Shown: positions 60,625 to 64,000 of the stretch, one piece after another | How the letters are laid out: each line of letters begins with the position of its first letter | How positions within the stretch are numbered: position 1 is the stretch's first letter | Made by a program: the position numbers and the translations under genes | The notes under the pieces: model-generated | The model's input: the letters and a program-made list of their open reading frames with translations, nothing else | Told to the model about the DNA's origin: nothing | Database searches by the model: none | NCBI GenBank assembly: GCA_018303805.1 | Contig: JAGVXL010000001.1 | Coordinates: forward strand, 305,528 to 369,527 | Reading direction: 5' to 3' | Source: Candidatus Pacearchaeota archaeon | Lineage (GTDB): Archaea > Nanobdellota > Nanobdellia > Pacearchaeales > DTIR01 | DNA length: 64,000 nt

Positions 60625-61662
60625 TTATTTAATGTCCTTCCATCTTTTTATAGCTTTCTCATATCCCCCAAAAGTTCCAGTGTCAAACCATCTTCCCTTG
60701 AATTTATAGCCATGCAGTTTCCCAAGTTTGGCTATTTTTGGAAAAACATCCTTTTCCAGCATTGCAAATCCCAAAGGGATATATCTGAAAACCTCCGGCT
60801 CCAGAATATAAAGGCCGGAATTAATAAATTTTGAAGGTTCTTTTCCCCTTGGAGGTTTCTCAACAAATTCAAGTATTCTGCTGCCTTTCAGCCTTGCTAC
60901 ACCATAAGCGTTTGGCTCCTGAACCTCAGTCAAGGCGATTGTAGCAAGCGCTTTGGTTTGTTTGTGCTGTTTTAGCATCTCATTTAGGTTTATATCTTTG
61001 AGCTCATCACCGTTTGAAACAATGAAGGTCTCATTTATCCTGTCCTTAATCAGATTCAGGCAACCAGCGGTTCCGAGTGGCTTGTTTTCCTCTGCATAAG
61101 CAACCCTTAACTCAAACTTCTCTCCATTTCCTATATGCTCTTTGATTTTTTCTTTCAAATATCCTACAGAGAGGATTATATCCCTTACTTCATATTTCTT
61201 GAACAAGTCAAAAAGATGCTCTATAATCGATCTGCCATGCACCGGCAATAACGGCTTCGGCATCTCATATGTCAATGGCTTCATCCTTGTGCCCTTGCCG
61301 CCGCATAAAATAACCGCCTTCAGAACCTTGCCTCCATCAACTAGCCTGTATGAATCAGCATCAAGATGGTGGGTTGAAAACTCAATAAGTTTTGAATCTT
61401 CCAAGGCGGTTGCCCTATGCACATCCCCCGGTGAAATTTCAATGATATCTCCGGGTTTTAAAACAAAATCCTCCTTGCCAGAAGAAAAAACTATCTTGCC
61501 AGAAAGAACATAGAAAGTCTCGTCTTTCTGCTTGTGATAGTGGAAACTTGTCTGGCTTGTTTTTTTCAATGTAAGAATTTTCCCGCAGTAATCCTTGTTC
61601 ACAATCCATTCCTCTTTGCCCCAAGGCTTCTCAACAGTCCTGGCAAAATTCCGTTTTTTCAT
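60625..61662 (-). CDS. cupin domain fused to a sugar-1-phosphate nucleotidylyltransferase
   Basis: N-terminal cupin (EKPWGKEEWIV...FHYHKQKDETFYVLSG). Then the NTP-transferase signature AVILCGGKGTRMKPLTYEMPKPLLPV. Confidence 0.8.
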   Translation of the reverse strand: MKKRNFARTVEKPWGKEEWIVNKDYCGKILTLKKTSQTSFHYHKQKDETFYVLSGKIVFSSGKEDFVLKPGDIIEISPGDVHRATALEDSKLIEFSTHHLDADSYRLVDGGKVLKAVILCGGKGTRMKPLTYEMPKPLLPVHGRSIIEHLFDLFKKYEVRDIILSVGYLKEKIKEHIGNGEKFELRVAYAEENKPLGTAGCLNLIKDRINETFIVSNGDELKDINLNEMLKQHKQTKALATIALTEVQEPNAYGVARLKGSRILEFVEKPPRGKEPSKFINSGLYILEPEVFRYIPLGFAMLEKDVFPKIAKLGKLHGYKFKGRWFDTGTFGGYEKAIKRWKDIK

Positions 61663-61671
61663 TTTTTAAGA

Positions 61672-62550
61672 TTATTTTGTTGAATAAGGCACTTTCCATA
61701 TCTGCTGCAATGGCTTGTTTGTCTTGGCAAGATAATACCCCTTTACCCAGGCATAGGCATATACTGCTGCAGAAAATAAGAATTTATGCCATCTTGTTAA
61801 GGGGATTTTCATAAGTTCAGCTAGAAAAAACAAGATTTCCCCGCCCATGGCTCTTGGCGCTTTTTCTGCTCTCTTGGACAAAAAATAATATCCTGCCCTC
61901 ACCCTTGCCTTCTGATTTATGAAATCCTTGATAGTTGTTGGGCATTTGACTAATACCCCTGCTCTTGGCTCATAAACCATCTTATAGCCATTACGTGAGA
62001 TTATTCTCCCCATCAAAGCATCCACAGCGCCTTTCGCATTTGGAACTTTTTTCAGCGCTTTTTTCCTAAATGCAAGCAAGTACCCTGAAAGATGCCAGAA
62101 TGTTCCCTCTCTGCTTTCCTTCATGCGCAATTCATGTATTTTTTTATAGCTCATAATGGTCCATTCATAAAATAGATTTTTTGCAGGAATAATAGGCATA
62201 GGATTTCCAGAAACTCCTCCAATTTTTGGATTATTAAAATGCTCAACAAGCGCCTTAATTGCCCCTTGTTTTAAGACAACATCTGCATCTGTCTGCACAA
62301 TAATATCGCTTTTTGCGCTCTTGATAATAAGATTTAATGCAGGGCACTTGCCATTATTCCCTTTTATAGTCAAAAGTTTTACCCTTTTGTCTTTTTTCTG
62401 CATCTTTTTTATTTCTTCTGCAGTCCCGTCAGCCGAGCCATTGTCAACCACAAGCACCTGATCATTTCTGGAGATTTGCTCTAGAATTGATGCTATTGTT
62501 TTAGCTACTGATTTCTCCTCATTATATGCTGGAAGCCCTACTGTTATCAT
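61672..62550 (-). CDS. family 2 glycosyltransferase (start at the ATG at 62550)
   Basis: ITVGLPAYNEE start, VVDNGSADGT segment, and VQTDADVVL (DxD motif). ATGA-coupled to the upstream gene. Confidence 0.8.
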   Translation of the reverse strand: MITVGLPAYNEEKSVAKTIASILEQISRNDQVLVVDNGSADGTAEEIKKMQKKDKRVKLLTIKGNNGKCPALNLIIKSAKSDIIVQTDADVVLKQGAIKALVEHFNNPKIGGVSGNPMPIIPAKNLFYEWTIMSYKKIHELRMKESREGTFWHLSGYLLAFRKKALKKVPNAKGAVDALMGRIISRNGYKMVYEPRAGVLVKCPTTIKDFINQKARVRAGYYFLSKRAEKAPRAMGGEILFFLAELMKIPLTRWHKFLFSAAVYAYAWVKGYYLAKTNKPLQQIWKVPYSTK

Positions 62551-63245
62551 TTTAGGCCCTTCCATTTTTGTTTTGCCTCTTCATATCTCTCAAAAGTTCC
62601 GGTGTCAAACCACTGGCCTTTGAACTTGTATCCATAAAGCCTTCCCTCTTTTGCAAGTTTTGGAAATACTCCTGTCTCAAGCATGGTATAATTTTCTGGA
62701 ATATGCTTTAAGATTTCAGGCTCCATGATGTATAAACCTGCATTTATGAAATGGGGGGGCGCTTCTTCTAATTGGGGTTTTTCTACAAATTCCAAAATTT
62801 GATTTCCCCTTAGCCTTACAGCCCCATATTTTGAGGGGTCTAAAACTTCTCTTATTGCCAGAGTGGCTATTGCTTTAGTCTCTTTATGCTGCCTGATCAT
62901 ATCTTCCAAATCAATCTCTTTGAGCTCATCACCGTTTGAAACCAAAAAAGTTTCATTCAAATGTTGTTTTGCAAGAGCAATATGGTTTGCAGTTCCCAAA
63001 AGGGTCTCTTCTTCTATATAAAGAATATTTACTCCGAATTTCTTTCCATTCCCGAAATATTCTTTAAATTTTTCCTTTAAATAGCAAGTTGTAAGAATAA
63101 TGTCTTTTATCCCGTATTTCTTGAACAAGTCAAAAAGATGTTCGATTACTGTTTTTCCCTGCAAGGGAATCATGGGCTTTGGAATTTGCGAAGTAAGAGG
63201 GCTTAATCTTGTTCCTTCTCCGCCGCAAAATAAGATTGCCTTCAT
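62547..63245 (-). CDS. sugar-1-phosphate nucleotidylyltransferase
   Basis: AILFCGGEGTRLSPLTSQIPKPMIPL signature. It is a paralogue of the C-terminal part of 60625-61662, with which it shares identical short DNA tracts. Confidence 0.85.
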   Translation of the reverse strand: MKAILFCGGEGTRLSPLTSQIPKPMIPLQGKTVIEHLFDLFKKYGIKDIILTTCYLKEKFKEYFGNGKKFGVNILYIEEETLLGTANHIALAKQHLNETFLVSNGDELKEIDLEDMIRQHKETKAIATLAIREVLDPSKYGAVRLRGNQILEFVEKPQLEEAPPHFINAGLYIMEPEILKHIPENYTMLETGVFPKLAKEGRLYGYKFKGQWFDTGTFERYEEAKQKWKGLK

Positions 63246-63253
63246 CTTTTAGC

Positions 63254-64000
63254 TCACCATACCTCTTTGTATTTTGCCTTTATTTTATTTATATTAGAAA
63301 TGCCTATTATCGCCCTCATATTGATTATTGTCTGACCCTTGTCTAATTTTTCAAATATTTTTTCATCTAATTTGGCATTTATAACCAAAGTTTTGCATTT
63401 TATAACCTCATCCAAAGAAGACAGGGATGATTCTATGCTATCAAGCAAATCCTTTAAATTTTTAAATTCCATTAACTCGCTTAATAAAGGGTCGTAAATA
63501 ACCTCTTTATAGCTGTTGCGAATGTTCTCTATTTGCTCTTTCTTGACGATAGGATCATATACCTTGACATTGTATCCTTCAGATTTTAATTTTTCTATCA
63601 CATAAATTATCGGACTGCCCCGGAGATCATCAGTGCCTGGCTTGAATGAAACTCCGAAAATTCCCACCTCTCTAGATTTGCTATTGTCTGCCTCTTCCGT
63701 AATTATTTTATAGCTTCTTTTTATCTGATTAAGATTGCTTTTAGAGATAGAATCTAATATATTACAATCAACTTTAAGGTCTTTTCCGAGTTTTTTAAGT
63801 GCGGCAAGGTCTTTTGGCAGGCAGCTTCCGCCATACCCTATATTCGGCTTGAGATAATAATCTGATAGATTCAGTTTTGTGTCTGATGAAAAAAGTTTTA
63901 TTAATTCCATGCTGTTCATATTCAGCTTTCTGCAGATGCTGCTGACCTCATTTACAAATCCTATTTCGAGCGCATGCCATGAATTGTTTATGAACTTTAT
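63254..64000 (-). CDS. UDP-glucose/GDP-mannose 6-dehydrogenase family protein (partial; N-terminus is beyond the window end)
   Basis: GYGGSCLPKDL catalytic Cys motif. The frame stays open upstream of the track Met to position 64000 (IKFINNSWHALEIGFVNEVSSICRKLN...). Confidence 0.8.
   Translation of the reverse strand: MKFINNSWHALEIGFVNEVSSICRKLNMNSMELIKLFSSDTKLNLSDYYLKPNIGYGGSCLPKDLAALKKLGKDLKVDCNILDSISKSNLNQIKRSYKIITEEADNSKSREVGIFGVSFKPGTDDLRGSPIIYVIEKLKSEGYNVKVYDPIVKKEQIENIRNSYKEVIYDPLLSELMEFKNLKDLLDSIESSLSSLDEVIKCKTLVINAKLDEKIFEKLDKGQTIINMRAIIGISNINKIKAKYKEVW

Noticed and set aside
1-64000. CRISPR arrays, transposases, integrases, reverse transcriptase (DGR) and rRNA genes
   Set aside because: I looked for regularly spaced short repeats, DDE, tyrosine- or serine-recombinase motifs, RT motifs and rRNA-like sequence near the variable surface genes, and found none. 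The only repeats are those listed above.

Overview
Low-GC archaeal chromosome segment. The evidence is an archaeal-type ribosomal protein operon with eL19, eL32, eS4 and aSUI1, plus SecY, a DUF106/YidC-like protein, AglB (WWDYG motif), form III RuBisCO and AMP phosphorylase. Very large sequon-rich surface proteins and heavy glycosylation content suggest a DPANN-like, host-associated lifestyle, but that is inference only.

Layout:
- 1-750: tRNA 3' fragment, a structured 65-nt element and an AbrB/RelE toxin-antitoxin pair.
- 850-14426: three minus-strand surface-protein genes of 416, 2656 and 1182 aa. The first two are bracketed by a near-perfect 65-nt inverted repeat.
- 14.5-16.6 kb: a zinc-ribbon mini-gene and two tandem SpoIIM/DUF95 paralogues.
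- 16.7-18.8 kb: ribose-1,5-bisphosphate isomerase and RuBisCO.
- 19.1-33.5 kb: prefoldin alpha, DUF106, SecY and a 23-gene ribosomal protein operon running uL3 to uL15, all on the minus strand.
- 34.4-37 kb: AI-2E transporter and AMP phosphorylase.
- 37-50.4 kb: AglB, a GlcNAc-1-P transferase, GT2 enzymes, a flippase-like protein, a deacetylase, two B12-type radical SAM enzymes and one SPASM radical SAM enzyme.
- 50.4-52.8 kb: three secreted or membrane proteins.
- 52.9-57.4 kb: five same-strand genes (nucleotidyltransferase, unknown, alkaline-phosphatase-like, NPPY methyltransferase, NYN).
- 57.7-64 kb: a GT-C (GT39-like) enzyme, an MNT/HEPN-like pair and an NDP-sugar module.

Most unusual signals:
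- One 16-codon start module, 50 nt of it identical, sits on four different ribosomal protein genes.
- The 65-nt inverted repeat carries a UUCG-capped hairpin.
- The membrane-anchor cassette of the 1182-aa protein is duplicated in frame directly behind its TGA stop.
- Two zinc-ribbon mini-genes fall below the ORF-track cutoff; one is ATGA-coupled inside the ribosomal protein operon.
- A small hairpin family of the form AAAATC-loop-GATTTT recurs in three intergenic regions.
- The glycosylation region is rich in radical SAM enzymes.

All product calls rest on motif recognition by eye. No database search was possible.
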